Assembly: GCA_050734425.1 (NCBI GenBank)
Contig: JBOHUL010000064.1
Coordinates: 16,683 to 80,682 of the forward strand
Source of the DNA: Candidatus Dormibacteria bacterium
GTDB lineage: Bacteria; Chloroflexota; Dormibacteria; Aeolococcales; Bog-877
Direction of reading: 5' to 3'
Length of the DNA stretch: 64,000 nt
Numbering within the stretch: position 1 is the first letter of the stretch; every line of letters starts with the position of its first letter. The position numbers and the translations under genes were made by a program. Below, piece after piece: positions 54,290 to 64,000 of this stretch. A model generated the notes under the pieces. That model was not told where the DNA came from and made no database searches. It saw nothing but the letters and a program-made list of their open reading frames with translations.

Positions 54290-55449
54290 GCTCACCGGGC
54301 AGTGAGGCACCGGTGTTCCGGTCGCCCCAGCGGCCCACCTGGATCGAGATCGACGAATCCGCCCTGGGACGGAACGTGGCGGAGGTGGTGCGAGAGCTGG
54401 GGGGCGTGGCACTGATGGCCGTGGTCAAGGCGGATGGCTACGGCCATGGGGCGGCCACCGTGGCTCGGGTGGCGGTTGGCAACGGGGCCGCCTGGGTGGG
54501 GACGGCCACCGTGGCCGAGGCCTCGCAACTGCGGCGGCAGGGGGTCACGGCGCCGATCCTGGTGCTGGGCTACACCCCCCCGGAGGAGGTCCTGGCGGCG
54601 GTCGCCGCCAATCTCGCCATCACCGTCTTCGACCTCGCGGTCCTGGAGGCACTGGAGCGGGCCGGTACCGCCCTTGGGCAGCGCGCCTGCGCCCACCTCG
54701 AGGTGGACACCGGCATGAGCCGTCTCGGGGTGGCACCGGAGCAGGTCGCGACCTTCGCCGTCGCGGCAAGCCGCTGCGCCCACGTGGACCTGGAGGGGTG
54801 CTACACCCACTTCCGCCACGGCGCCGATCCTCTAGCCACCCGGGAGCAGCTCGCCCGGTTGCTCCGGGCCCTCGACGCGTCTCGTGGCGCGGGTGTTGAG
54901 TTCCGCCTGCGCCATGCCGCCAACAGTGCCGCGTGGAAGACGGTGCCCGAGGCGCGACTGGACCTGGTGCGGTTGGGGATCGAGCTCCTGGGCCTGACCA
55001 CCCCCGATGGCCGGCGCCGGGAGCCGGTCCTGAGTCTCCGCACCACAGTGGCCCAGGTCCGCGAGGTGGAGGCCGGGACCTTTGTCGGATATGAGGGGGG
55101 GTTCCAGGCTCCCCGAGCCATGCGCATCGCCACCATTCCAATCGGCTACGGCGACGGCTTCCGGCGCACCCCGAGCAACTGGGGCATGGTGCTCATTGGG
55201 GGCCGGGCGCGGCCGCTGGTCGGGCACGTCTGCATGGACCTGGCGATGGTCGATGTGAGCGACCCGCCCGAGGTCGGGGCCAGCGACGTGGTCACGCTGC
55301 TGGGCCGCGATGGCGACGCCCGACTCAGGGCCGAGACCGTGGCCCAGAGGCTCGGGACCATCAACTACGAGGTGACCACCGCGCTCTCCGCCCGGGTGCC
55401 GCGGGAGTCCCTCAGTGCTGGGATCGGGCTGGCTAAGGGCCCGGCCTAG
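54286..55449 (+). CDS. alr: Alanine racemase
   Basis: ...AVVKADGYGHGA... PLP-Lys motif; TIM barrel plus C-terminal beta domain. Confidence 0.9.
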   Translation: MSSPGSEAPVFRSPQRPTWIEIDESALGRNVAEVVRELGGVALMAVVKADGYGHGAATVARVAVGNGAAWVGTATVAEASQLRRQGVTAPILVLGYTPPEEVLAAVAANLAITVFDLAVLEALERAGTALGQRACAHLEVDTGMSRLGVAPEQVATFAVAASRCAHVDLEGCYTHFRHGADPLATREQLARLLRALDASRGAGVEFRLRHAANSAAWKTVPEARLDLVRLGIELLGLTTPDGRRREPVLSLRTTVAQVREVEAGTFVGYEGGFQAPRAMRIATIPIGYGDGFRRTPSNWGMVLIGGRARPLVGHVCMDLAMVDVSDPPEVGASDVVTLLGRDGDARLRAETVAQRLGTINYEVTTALSARVPRESLSAGIGLAKGPA

Positions 55450-55458
55450 AATCAAGTC

Positions 55459-56355
55459 ATGAGTTCGGCCTCGGGGGGGTCGCCCCGGTCCCCTTTGGGC
55501 CGAGCGCGACTCTCACGGCTACGGGAGGCCCGCCTCTACCTGGTCACCGACGATGCCACGCCCGCGGACGGGCTCCCAGAGCTGGTGGCGGCGGCGGCTC
55601 GGGGCGGGGCGGACCTGGTTCAGCTCCGGCGCAAGGGCGTCGAGCCCGCGCGGTTGCGCGGGCTGGCCGAGGACTGTCTCAGGCGGGCGCGAGAGGGTGG
55701 TGCCCTGTTTCTGGTGGACGACCACGTCGAGCTGGCTCTGCAGATCGGTGCCGACGGAGTCCACCTGGGCCAGCAGGACCAGGAGCCGGCGCGGGCCCGC
55801 GCCCGGCTGGGGCCGGACGCGATCCTGGGCGTCTCAACCCACGCCCTGCCCCAGCCTCGGTCGGCCCTGGAGAGCGGCGCCGACTACATCTCGGCCGGAC
55901 CGGTCTTCTCAACTCCCACCAAGCCGGGGCGGGAGGCCGTGGGCTTTGACTATGTCTCCGCCGCCGCCACCAGCGTTCCCCTGCCCCTGGTCGCAATCGG
56001 GGGTCTGGCGGCGGACAGTGCGGGCGAGGCGATCCGGCGGGGTGCAGACATGATCGGGGTGGTGCGCTGCATCTGCCAGGCGACGGACCCCGAGGCGGCG
56101 GCCAGGGAGCTGCGCCGCGCCATCGGCCACGCCACCCCCTGGGACTGGCTCGAGGTCAACGGCGAGAGGCGCCGGTGCCCGGGGGGCAGCCGGGGGGCGG
56201 ACCTCCTTCGACAGCTGGGGCTCGGCCTCGAAGGGGTGGTGGTGGAGTTGAATGGTGAGATGCTGACTCGCGAGGGCCTGGAGACGACGCGTCTGCTGGC
56301 CGGCGACCGGTTGGAGGTGGTGCACCTGGTTGGTGGAGGCATGGGCCATGGGTGA
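55459..56355 (+). CDS. thiE: Thiamine-phosphate synthase ThiE fused in-frame to sulfur-carrier ThiS (C-terminal ~70 aa ending ...VGGGMGHG)
   Basis: ThiE runs LYLVTDD... to ...ATDPEAAARELRRAI. It continues without stop or start codon into WLEVNGERRRCPGG...LTREGLETTRLLAGDRLEVVHLVGGG (ThiS beta-grasp with terminal GG), then a 5-aa tail. Confidence 0.75.
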   Translation: MSSASGGSPRSPLGRARLSRLREARLYLVTDDATPADGLPELVAAAARGGADLVQLRRKGVEPARLRGLAEDCLRRAREGGALFLVDDHVELALQIGADGVHLGQQDQEPARARARLGPDAILGVSTHALPQPRSALESGADYISAGPVFSTPTKPGREAVGFDYVSAAATSVPLPLVAIGGLAADSAGEAIRRGADMIGVVRCICQATDPEAAARELRRAIGHATPWDWLEVNGERRRCPGGSRGADLLRQLGLGLEGVVVELNGEMLTREGLETTRLLAGDRLEVVHLVGGGMGHG

Positions 56356-57148
56356 CGATCGACTGCGGCTGGGAGAGGTGGAGCTGGACTCGCGGCTGAT
56401 CCATGGGACCGCCAGGTTCCCCTCTTCTGGGGTGCTGGCTGCGGCCATCGCCGCCGCAGGCTCGGAGATGCTGACAGTGTCGATCCGGCGGTTCCACCTG
56501 GATGGGGACCGGCGCACCGAGCTGGAGCAGCTGGACCTCAAGGCCTACCGGATCCTGGCCAACACTGCCGGGGCCACGACGGCAGCCGAGGCGGTGCGGC
56601 TCGCTCGGTTGGCCCGGGCGGCGTCGGTGTCGGACCTGATCAAGGTCGAGGTCGTCGGTGACCCCGAGACGCTGCTGCCGGACCCGATCGCGACCATGGA
56701 GGCGACGAGGGAGCTGGTGGCCCAGGGTTTCACCGTCCTGCCATATGCCAGCGACGACGTGGCGCTGGCGCTGCGGCTGGCCGAGGCCGGTGCGGTGGCG
56801 GTGATGCCCGGGGCCGCCCCGATCGGATCCACCCTGGGGGTGCTCAATCCCCACAACCTCCGGGCCATCATCGAAAGGTGCCCGGTACCGGTGATCGTCG
56901 ACGCCGGCCTGGGTTCACCGGCCGACGCCGTCCGGGTGATGGAGTGGGGTGCCGCCGGGGTCCTGGTCAACACCGGGATCGCCAAGGCCCAGGATCCGGT
57001 GGCGATGGCCCGCGCCTTCGGTGAGGCGGTCAGGGTCGGGCGAGCCGCCCACCGGGCGGGACCTGCGGGCGACCGACTTCCGAGCGGCTTCGGTGCCAGC
57101 AGCCCGGCTGAGGGCGTGCCCCGGCCCCTGGTGCCGGTCAGCGGCTGA
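56348..57148 (+). CDS. thiG: Thiazole synthase ThiG
   Basis: MGDDRLRLGEVELDSRLIHGTARFPS... ThiG (TIM barrel; Lys Schiff base). GGAGG RBS 8 nt upstream of ATG 56348; overlaps the thiE-thiS 3' end. Confidence 0.9.
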   Translation: MGDDRLRLGEVELDSRLIHGTARFPSSGVLAAAIAAAGSEMLTVSIRRFHLDGDRRTELEQLDLKAYRILANTAGATTAAEAVRLARLARAASVSDLIKVEVVGDPETLLPDPIATMEATRELVAQGFTVLPYASDDVALALRLAEAGAVAVMPGAAPIGSTLGVLNPHNLRAIIERCPVPVIVDAGLGSPADAVRVMEWGAAGVLVNTGIAKAQDPVAMARAFGEAVRVGRAAHRAGPAGDRLPSGFGASSPAEGVPRPLVPVSG

Positions 57149-57158
57149 GGGCGACTCC

Positions 57159-58184
57159 CTGGTCCGCTCCAAGACGGCCTGGCGACGCGCCGCCTGGGGT
57201 GAGGGCAGGCCTCTGGCGGAGGTCGGCGAAGGCCGGGCCCTGGAGGCCCTGATCGAGCTCGCAGGGCCACCGCCACCGGGGGCGGCGGTGGCTCCGGGAG
57301 ACGACGCCGCCGACCTAGGGCCTCTTTCGGGTGGCCCCGTGCTGCTCTCGACCGACAGCCTCTGCGAGGACGTGGACTTCCGGCGCCAGTACCAGTCGCC
57401 CTACCAGGTGGGCTGGAAGGCGTGGATGGCGGCGGCCTCCGACCTGGCGGCGATGGGGGCGCGGGTTGACGGCGGCCTGGCGGCGGCCCTTGTCCCGGAC
57501 CTTGCCACCGAGAACGAGCTGATGGCCATCCAGCTGGGCCTGGTGGAAGCGGCCGCGGCGGACTCTGCCCGGGTCCTGGGAGGTGACCTGAGCCGGACCC
57601 CGGGACCGCTGGCCGTGACCGTGACCGTGATGGGACACATGGAGGCGGGACGGCCGGTGGCACTGGGCGGGGGCTCGCCCGGGGAGCTGCTGGTCCTGAC
57701 CGGCAGCGTGGGGGCGGCCGCGATGGCGCTGCAGCTCCTGGAGTCGGGCCAGGCCGCGGTGCCCCCGCCCTGGCTGGAGCGGCTACTGCTCCCCACCGCG
57801 CGGGTGGAGGCGGGGGTCGCGCTCCAGCGCGGTGGGGTCCGGGCCATGACGGACATCAGCGACGGCCTCCTGCTCGACCTCTCCCGGCTGTGCCGGGCCA
57901 GTCGAGTGGGAGCGGAGCTCTGGCTCGACCGGGTGCCATTGGCCCCCGGGTCGGCCCCGGGCTGCGACCAGCTGCGCTCGGCTCTCTCCGGAGGCGAGGA
58001 CTTCGAGCTGCTGGCCGCCATCCCCGAGCCGGACCTCGAGCCGCTGCGGTCGAGGTGGGAGGAGGCCCTGCCGCCCCTTGCCGTCGTGGGCAGATTGGTC
58101 AGCGGCGGCGGTGTCGTGTTGCGCTCGCGCCCGGGGGGCGACGTCGTCACCCTGCAGGGTATAGATGGCTACCGGCACTTCTGA
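57159..58184 (+). CDS. thiL: Thiamine-monophosphate kinase ThiL (start codon uncertain; no in-frame ATG/GTG/TTG between the thiG stop and the conserved N-terminal region)
   Basis: ...GEGRALEALIELAGP...APGDDAADLGPLSGGPVLLSTDSLCEDVDF...ASDLAAMGA... is the PurM-like ThiL. The only in-frame ATG (56949) lies 200 nt inside thiG. A plausible CTG at 57213 follows a GAGGG RBS. Confidence 0.7.
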   Translation: MVRSKTAWRRAAWGEGRPLAEVGEGRALEALIELAGPPPPGAAVAPGDDAADLGPLSGGPVLLSTDSLCEDVDFRRQYQSPYQVGWKAWMAAASDLAAMGARVDGGLAAALVPDLATENELMAIQLGLVEAAAADSARVLGGDLSRTPGPLAVTVTVMGHMEAGRPVALGGGSPGELLVLTGSVGAAAMALQLLESGQAAVPPPWLERLLLPTARVEAGVALQRGGVRAMTDISDGLLLDLSRLCRASRVGAELWLDRVPLAPGSAPGCDQLRSALSGGEDFELLAAIPEPDLEPLRSRWEEALPPLAVVGRLVSGGGVVLRSRPGGDVVTLQGIDGYRHF

Positions 58185-58623
58185 GGCAGAGGAGGAGCGG
58201 CTCTGGCGCACCTCCGGCGCCGCCGCCACCCGGGAGCTGGGGCGGCGGCTGGGCCGGGCCCTTCGGCCCGGCGACTGCCTGGCCCTCAAGGGGGAGCTGG
58301 GCTCGGGGAAGACGGTCCTGGCCCAGGGCATAGTGTCCGGAGCAGGCGGTGGCGAGGACGTTCGCAGCCCCACCTTCCTGCTCCACGCCGTCTACCCGGG
58401 CAGGGTCACGGTCCACCACTTGGATCTTTACCGCCTCGAGGCAGAGGTCGACCTCCGTCGCCTGGGTATCGACGAGGCCCTGGAGGAAGGCGCGGTGGTG
58501 GTGGAGTGGCCGGAGCGCTGTGCCTCTGCCTGGTTCAACGGCGAGGTGGGCCTGGAGATCCTGGACTCCGAGGTGCGACAGATAAGCCTGCGCTTGCGCT
58601 CCGGACTACTCGACGGTGACTGA
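58165..58623 (+). CDS. tsaE: tRNA t6A37 biosynthesis protein TsaE (YjeE ATPase)
   Basis: ...LKGELGSGKTVLAQGI... P-loop. Confidence 0.85.
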   Translation: MATGTSEAEEERLWRTSGAAATRELGRRLGRALRPGDCLALKGELGSGKTVLAQGIVSGAGGGEDVRSPTFLLHAVYPGRVTVHHLDLYRLEAEVDLRRLGIDEALEEGAVVVEWPERCASAWFNGEVGLEILDSEVRQISLRLRSGLLDGD

Positions 58624-59281
58624 GGAGGCGGGCGGGCTGGCCCTGGCCATCGACGGCTCCCGCAGGGGGGCGCCGCTGGTGGTGGTCGCCTCGCGCGTGG
58701 GGCGCTTGCTCTGGCGTAGCCCCGAAGTCGCGGCGGACCCAGCCCTGGAGAGGTCGGTGGGGATGGCCCTGGCCCGGTACCGAGAGCGGATCGAGCTGGT
58801 GCTGGCGGTGCGCGGACCGGGCTCCTACATCGGCGTCAGGAGCGGTCTGGCGGCAGCTCTGGGGGTGGCTCAGGGGCGCGGCTGCCCGCTGGCCCTGATC
58901 GGGGCCCTGGAGCTGGTGGCCCACACCGCCGAACCAGATGGGGGGATCACGCTGGCCCTGGCCGATGCCGGGCGCGGCGGCACCTACGGTCAGCTTTTGG
59001 CGCCCGCGCCCGAGCGAGAGGGGAGTGGCACGCTCCGTTGGCGGACGCGAGGACCGGCGCAGCTCCTGGGGCGGGAGCTGCCGTGGCCCAAGGCGTGGCA
59101 GGAGGCGGCCTGCATCGTGGGGACCGCGGGATCGGGACGGGAGCTGCCTCGAATGTCGGCGCTCACTCCCTGCCGCTCGCGGGCCGGGGCGGTGGCCGAG
59201 CTGATCCGGCTGGGTCCGACCCCGATCTCGGCGTACGATCAGGTGGCAGCCGACTACGCGGAACCCCTGGGAGTTCGATAG
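58616..59281 (+). CDS. tsaB: tRNA t6A37 biosynthesis protein TsaB (YeaZ, inactive Kae1 paralog)
   Basis: LALAIDGSRRGAPLVVVAS... ASKHA-fold N-terminus; conserved position between tsaE and rimI. Confidence 0.75.
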   Translation: MTEEAGGLALAIDGSRRGAPLVVVASRVGRLLWRSPEVAADPALERSVGMALARYRERIELVLAVRGPGSYIGVRSGLAAALGVAQGRGCPLALIGALELVAHTAEPDGGITLALADAGRGGTYGQLLAPAPEREGSGTLRWRTRGPAQLLGRELPWPKAWQEAACIVGTAGSGRELPRMSALTPCRSRAGAVAELIRLGPTPISAYDQVAADYAEPLGVR

Positions 59282-59839
59282 GTGATCCTCATCGGTGAGC
59301 GCCTTGAGATCAGACCGATGCAGACCGAGGACATAGCCGCAGTTCGCGACATCGAGACCGCCGTCTTCCCCACGCCCTGGCCCGGAACCGCCTACCAGCG
59401 CGAGCTCAACAGCAATCGGGCCGCCCACTACATCTGCCTGCGCCGCAATGAGGAGGTCATAGGCTACGGCGGCCTCTGGGCGGTGGGCGAGGAGTCCCAC
59501 GTCACCACAATCGGGGTGGCCGCCAGCTACCAAGGCCAGGGTTACGGCCGGGCGATCTTTGCCGCCTTGGTCAACCGCTCGTACCAGCTTCGAGCCAACT
59601 TCGTCAGCCTCGAGGTCCGACCCCACAACGAGCCCGCGATCCACCTTTACCAGACCTTCGGCTTCAAGGTGATCGGCCGTCGCCGCGGCTACTACACCGA
59701 CAACGGTGAGGACGCCCTCGTGATGTGGTCGGACCTGATCCACGCACCCCGCTTCAAGCAACGATTCTTGGAGATCTGCCGACACCTGGAGATCGAAGGC
59801 TTAGGCCCGCTGCCGGACCCCCTCATCCCCGAGCGGTGA
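59282..59839 (+). CDS. rimI: Ribosomal-protein-alanine N-acetyltransferase RimI (GNAT)
   Basis: GNAT motif A ...QGQGYGRAIFAALV... Confidence 0.85.
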   Translation: MILIGERLEIRPMQTEDIAAVRDIETAVFPTPWPGTAYQRELNSNRAAHYICLRRNEEVIGYGGLWAVGEESHVTTIGVAASYQGQGYGRAIFAALVNRSYQLRANFVSLEVRPHNEPAIHLYQTFGFKVIGRRRGYYTDNGEDALVMWSDLIHAPRFKQRFLEICRHLEIEGLGPLPDPLIPER

Positions 59840-60831
59840 GGCTCCTGGCGCTCGAGACCAGCTGCGACGAGACCGCGGCCGCCCTGGTGCTGGACGACTT
59901 CTCGGTGGAGTGCTCGGTGGTGGCATCGCAGGCCAGCGCCCACGCCCCGTACGGGGGGGTCGTGCCCGAGCTGGCCGCCCGCATGCACCTGGAGCGGCTG
60001 TCCTCCGTGGTGGCCGAGGCGGTGAGCGGGCTGGGGGGACTCAATGCCGGCCTCGACGGCGTCGCAGTGACGAAGGGGCCGGGGCTGGTGGGCTGCCTCG
60101 CGGTCGGGGTCAGCTACGCCCAGAGCCTGGCCCGGACCCTGGACCTGCCGGTGGTCGGGGTCAACCACATGACGGGGCACGTCCTGGCCTCCAGGATCGA
60201 GGATCCGAAGCTGGAGCCTCCCTTCGTGGCGCTGGTGGTCAGCGGTGGCCATACCGACCTTATCCACTACCGCTCCCACGGCGACGTGGTGCTGTTGGGG
60301 GCGACTCGGGACGACGCCGTGGGCGAGGCGTTCGACAAGGTGGCGCGGATGCTGGGGCTGCCCTACCCCGGTGGGCCGGCCATCGACAGCGTGGCGGAGG
60401 GAGGCGATCCGCGGCGGTACACCCTGCCCCGACCGGTCCTGCCTGACTTCGCCTTCTCCTTCAGCGGGCTCAAGACCGCGGTTCTCTACCTGCTGCGGGG
60501 GCTGCCCCCACTCACAGAGCAGGATGTGGCCGATGTCGCCGCCAGCTTCCGCCTGGCGGCGGTCGAGACCCTGCTGACCCAGTTGGAGGCCGCGATCGAG
60601 CACACCGGGAGCCGCCGGGCCGTGATCGCCGGCGGCGTGGCCAGCAATCGACTCCTACGCCAGATGGCGCGAGAGCGGCTGCGGGGCATTGCCGAGGTCA
60701 CCATCCCCGCCCCCCGCCTCTGCACCGACAACGCCGCCATGATCGGCGCCGCCGCCTGGACCACGGTGCAGCGCAGAGGTTTCGATGCCAGGCCCTTCGG
60801 TGTCGAGCCGGGGCTGCGGGCGTATGCGTGA
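59836..60831 (+). CDS. tsaD: tRNA N6-adenosine threonylcarbamoyltransferase TsaD (Kae1/YgjD)
   Basis: GTG start overlapping the rimI stop; ...LALETSCDETAAALV... and ...GVNHMTGHVLA... metal-binding His pair. Confidence 0.9.
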   Translation: MRLLALETSCDETAAALVLDDFSVECSVVASQASAHAPYGGVVPELAARMHLERLSSVVAEAVSGLGGLNAGLDGVAVTKGPGLVGCLAVGVSYAQSLARTLDLPVVGVNHMTGHVLASRIEDPKLEPPFVALVVSGGHTDLIHYRSHGDVVLLGATRDDAVGEAFDKVARMLGLPYPGGPAIDSVAEGGDPRRYTLPRPVLPDFAFSFSGLKTAVLYLLRGLPPLTEQDVADVAASFRLAAVETLLTQLEAAIEHTGSRRAVIAGGVASNRLLRQMARERLRGIAEVTIPAPRLCTDNAAMIGAAAWTTVQRRGFDARPFGVEPGLRAYA

Positions 60832-61037
60832 AGCGGCGCGGGGCGAGTGTTGGTGGTGAAGTCAGCCGCTGGGCAGATCGGGGCGCTGGTCCCCGAATTG
60901 GAGCGTCTTCGGGCGGTTGGGCTGCTTCAGGCCTCCCTCGCGCCGGCCGGGGCGCGGATGCCATGAGCGGCAGCTCTGGGCCGCAGACGTACGGCAGCAA
61001 TCTGCCCTGCTGATTCTCGGCGAGATGCGCCCGCCCG

Positions 61038-62057
61038 CTATCCGGGGGCGGCTGGCACTGGGGGCTCCGCATCTCTCAGAGCTAACGGTTTCGTGAAGTC
61101 CCAGAACCGCGCCTGTCTGCTGAATCGGATCCCACACGCTGTGCAGTCCGAGCTGTCTCCGCCCCAGGCGAGAGGCCCACGGCACCGGGGGCAGCACGTT
61201 CGCTGTGCCAGTTGGGCGAGCGAAGCCGGAGTCCCCCTTTGCGGAGCTTGGCTCCGGAAGATGGGGCCCGAACCCCTGGTCGCGAAGAGGAACTGGCTCG
61301 GTCCCCACCAGCTCCGCCCCAGTCGCTGGGCCAGAAGTTCAGCCGGGTAGACGACGGGGCGCAGCGCCCGGACCAGGGTTGGGCCGAACATCTGGTCCCA
61401 TCTCCTGAAGTTGTTGACGCTGGCGGCGGTGCGGGTGTGAAAGCCGCTCCTCGTCAGGGTTCGGCGGACGGCGGCCAGCGAGAACGTATGGAAGGGATAC
61501 TCGGTCGAGCCGGTCACCATTGGCTCGGGACCACGGAGCTCAGCCCAACTGCCCCGACGGAGACCCCGCCAGCGGGCCAGGGCGTGGTGCTTGATCGGCA
61601 CATCCACGAGCCAGCGCCGGTTCACGACCCGACCCATCTCCCGCAGGGCCGGGTCCAGGTTGGTCAGGTGGTGCAGCACCCGGACCACCATGGCTGTGTC
61701 CACCGCGCCGTCCACCAGCGGCAGGTGGGCGAGGTCGGCCCGGATAAGGTGGATCCGCCCGGCCCCGATCTCCCCGGCCAGCCGCTCTGAGGCCTTGGTC
61801 AGCTGGGTCGCCGAGTAGTCGACCAGGATGGTGTGGTCCGCCGCTCTCTGATACTCGGGGGCATGGCGCCCGTAGCCGCCGCCGAAGTCGGCAAACCACT
61901 GGCCCCCTCCCAGGCGGGGGAGAAGCCGCCGCAGAAGCCGCGCCTCCAACCAGTACTCGTAGTCCCGGTTATCCCAGAAGGCGAGGTAGTCGAAGCCGCT
62001 GTCGTAGTCGACGATGGCAGCAGCCTTCCCAGCGGGCCCGCCGCAAGGCGCGGTCAT
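61038..62057 (-). CDS. Class I SAM-dependent methyltransferase with C-terminal CxxC...CxxC zinc-ribbon
   Basis: Motif I ...FADFGGGYGRHA..., motif post-I ...ILVDYS.... The C-terminus is ...CCPRCRGPLAWGGDSSDCTACGI.... Convergent with tsaD. Confidence 0.65.
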   Translation of the reverse strand: MTAPCGGPAGKAAAIVDYDSGFDYLAFWDNRDYEYWLEARLLRRLLPRLGGGQWFADFGGGYGRHAPEYQRAADHTILVDYSATQLTKASERLAGEIGAGRIHLIRADLAHLPLVDGAVDTAMVVRVLHHLTNLDPALREMGRVVNRRWLVDVPIKHHALARWRGLRRGSWAELRGPEPMVTGSTEYPFHTFSLAAVRRTLTRSGFHTRTAASVNNFRRWDQMFGPTLVRALRPVVYPAELLAQRLGRSWWGPSQFLFATRGSGPIFRSQAPQRGTPASLAQLAQRTCCPRCRGPLAWGGDSSDCTACGIRFSRQARFWDFTKPLALRDAEPPVPAAPG

Positions 62058-62141
62058 GTCCTGGGGATGTTAGCCGCGGCGGCGGGTCCGTCGGAGTGGA
62101 CGTGGCGGACTTGCGGACCAGCTCCTCTCCTGGCTAGACTG

Positions 62142-62168
62142 TTAGCACTCACAGGGGTTGAGTGCTAA
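62142..62168 (+). promoter_or_regulatory. CIRCE operator (HrcA binding site) upstream of groES
   Basis: Perfect TTAGCACTC-N9-GAGTGCTAA inverted repeat, 19 nt before the groES ATG. Confidence 0.9.
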
Positions 62169-62186
62169 CGGCAAAGGAGGTAGGGA

Positions 62187-62504
62187 ATGGCCCTGAAGTT
62201 GCGGCCGCTGGCTGACCGGGTCGTGGTCAAGCCGCTGGAGCGTGAGGAGACGACCAAGAGTGGAATCGTGCTTCCCGACACCGCCAAGGAGAAGCCCCAA
62301 GAGGGTCTTGTCGAGGCGATCGGAAACGGCAAGTACAACGAGCAGACCGGCCAGCGGGTGGCGATGGATGTCAAGGTCGGCGACCGCATCATCTACGCCA
62401 AGTACTCTGGGTCCGAGATCAAGATCGATGAGCAGGACTACCTGATCCTGTCCGAGAGAGACATCCTCGCCGTCGTCGCCAACGGCAAGGGCGCCAAGGG
62501 CTGA
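62187..62504 (+). CDS. groES: Co-chaperonin GroES
   Basis: ...[37 protein letters not shown]... Confidence 0.95.
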   Translation: MALKLRPLADRVVVKPLEREETTKSGIVLPDTAKEKPQEGLVEAIGNGKYNEQTGQRVAMDVKVGDRIIYAKYSGSEIKIDEQDYLILSERDILAVVANGKGAKG

Positions 62505-62588
62505 AACCCATCCGGTGAGCTCAACGCTCGCCGGGATCCATCTGGGGCTCCCGGCGGGCCCGGCTCCGGTCAAGGAGAGTGATCTAGA

Positions 62589-64000
<1,412 letters not shown>

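Noticed and set aside
61027-61052. GC hairpin CCGCCC-N-GGGCGG between convergent tsaD and the methyltransferase gene, as a bidirectional terminator
   Set aside because: The stem overlaps the last codons of the minus-strand methyltransferase CDS and has no U-tract. It cannot be distinguished from random GC-rich palindromes without a folding or energy calculation.

Overview
This is a high-GC (~70%) bacterial chromosomal window, almost certainly from Actinomycetota. Evidence: an rpoC carrying the actinobacterial beta-prime coiled-coil insertion, a CIRCE operator upstream of groES, and the conserved order glmS–(acpS/nnr)–alr–tsaE–tsaB–rimI–tsaD–groES–groEL. The core of the window (12.8–48.3 kb) is the translation/transcription superlocus on the + strand. 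It runs rpmG–tRNA-Trp–secE–nusG–rplKAJL–rpoBC, then the str operon (rpsL–rpsG–fusA–tuf), then S10/spc/alpha (rpsJ through rplQ, including secY–adk–map–infA–rpmJ), then truA–rplM–rpsI.

The left end (0–4.8 kb) holds an envelope-stress cluster: a GlsB/YmgE membrane protein, two PspA/IM30 paralogs flanking an HtpX M48 protease and an unknown gene, plus the decayed 3' end of an ABC-transporter ATPase.

Between tRNA-Tyr/tRNA-Thr (4.84–5.35 kb) and rpmG (12.88 kb) there is a ~7.5 kb accessory insertion into an otherwise conserved actinobacterial locus. It carries two decayed IS481-family transposase ends in direct orientation. It also carries a 1182-aa protein with a double zinc ribbon, a class III nucleotidyl cyclase domain, a STAND NTPase and TPR repeats. 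The remaining genes are an MFS transporter, a YciI-like gene with an in-frame TGA, and two diverged paralogous small membrane-protein genes in inverted orientation, one of them frameshifted.

The right end (48.3–64 kb) has a lone OTC-like carbamoyltransferase, cdaA–cdaR–glmS without glmM, and an AcpS–YjeF_C (NAD(P)HX dehydratase) fusion that lacks the epimerase domain. Next comes alr, followed by a thiamine block with an in-frame ThiE–ThiS fusion, thiG and thiL, which has no canonical start codon and no TPP riboswitch. The window ends with tsaE–tsaB–rimI–tsaD, a convergent SAM-dependent methyltransferase, and CIRCE–groES–groEL (partial).

Several ribosomal and Sec proteins carry unusual low-complexity Pro/Thr/Ala-rich tails, and L24 has acquired a C4 zinc-ribbon-like C-terminus. 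No CRISPR array was seen. All CDS starts were chosen by reading the sequence and are approximate where non-ATG starts are invoked.
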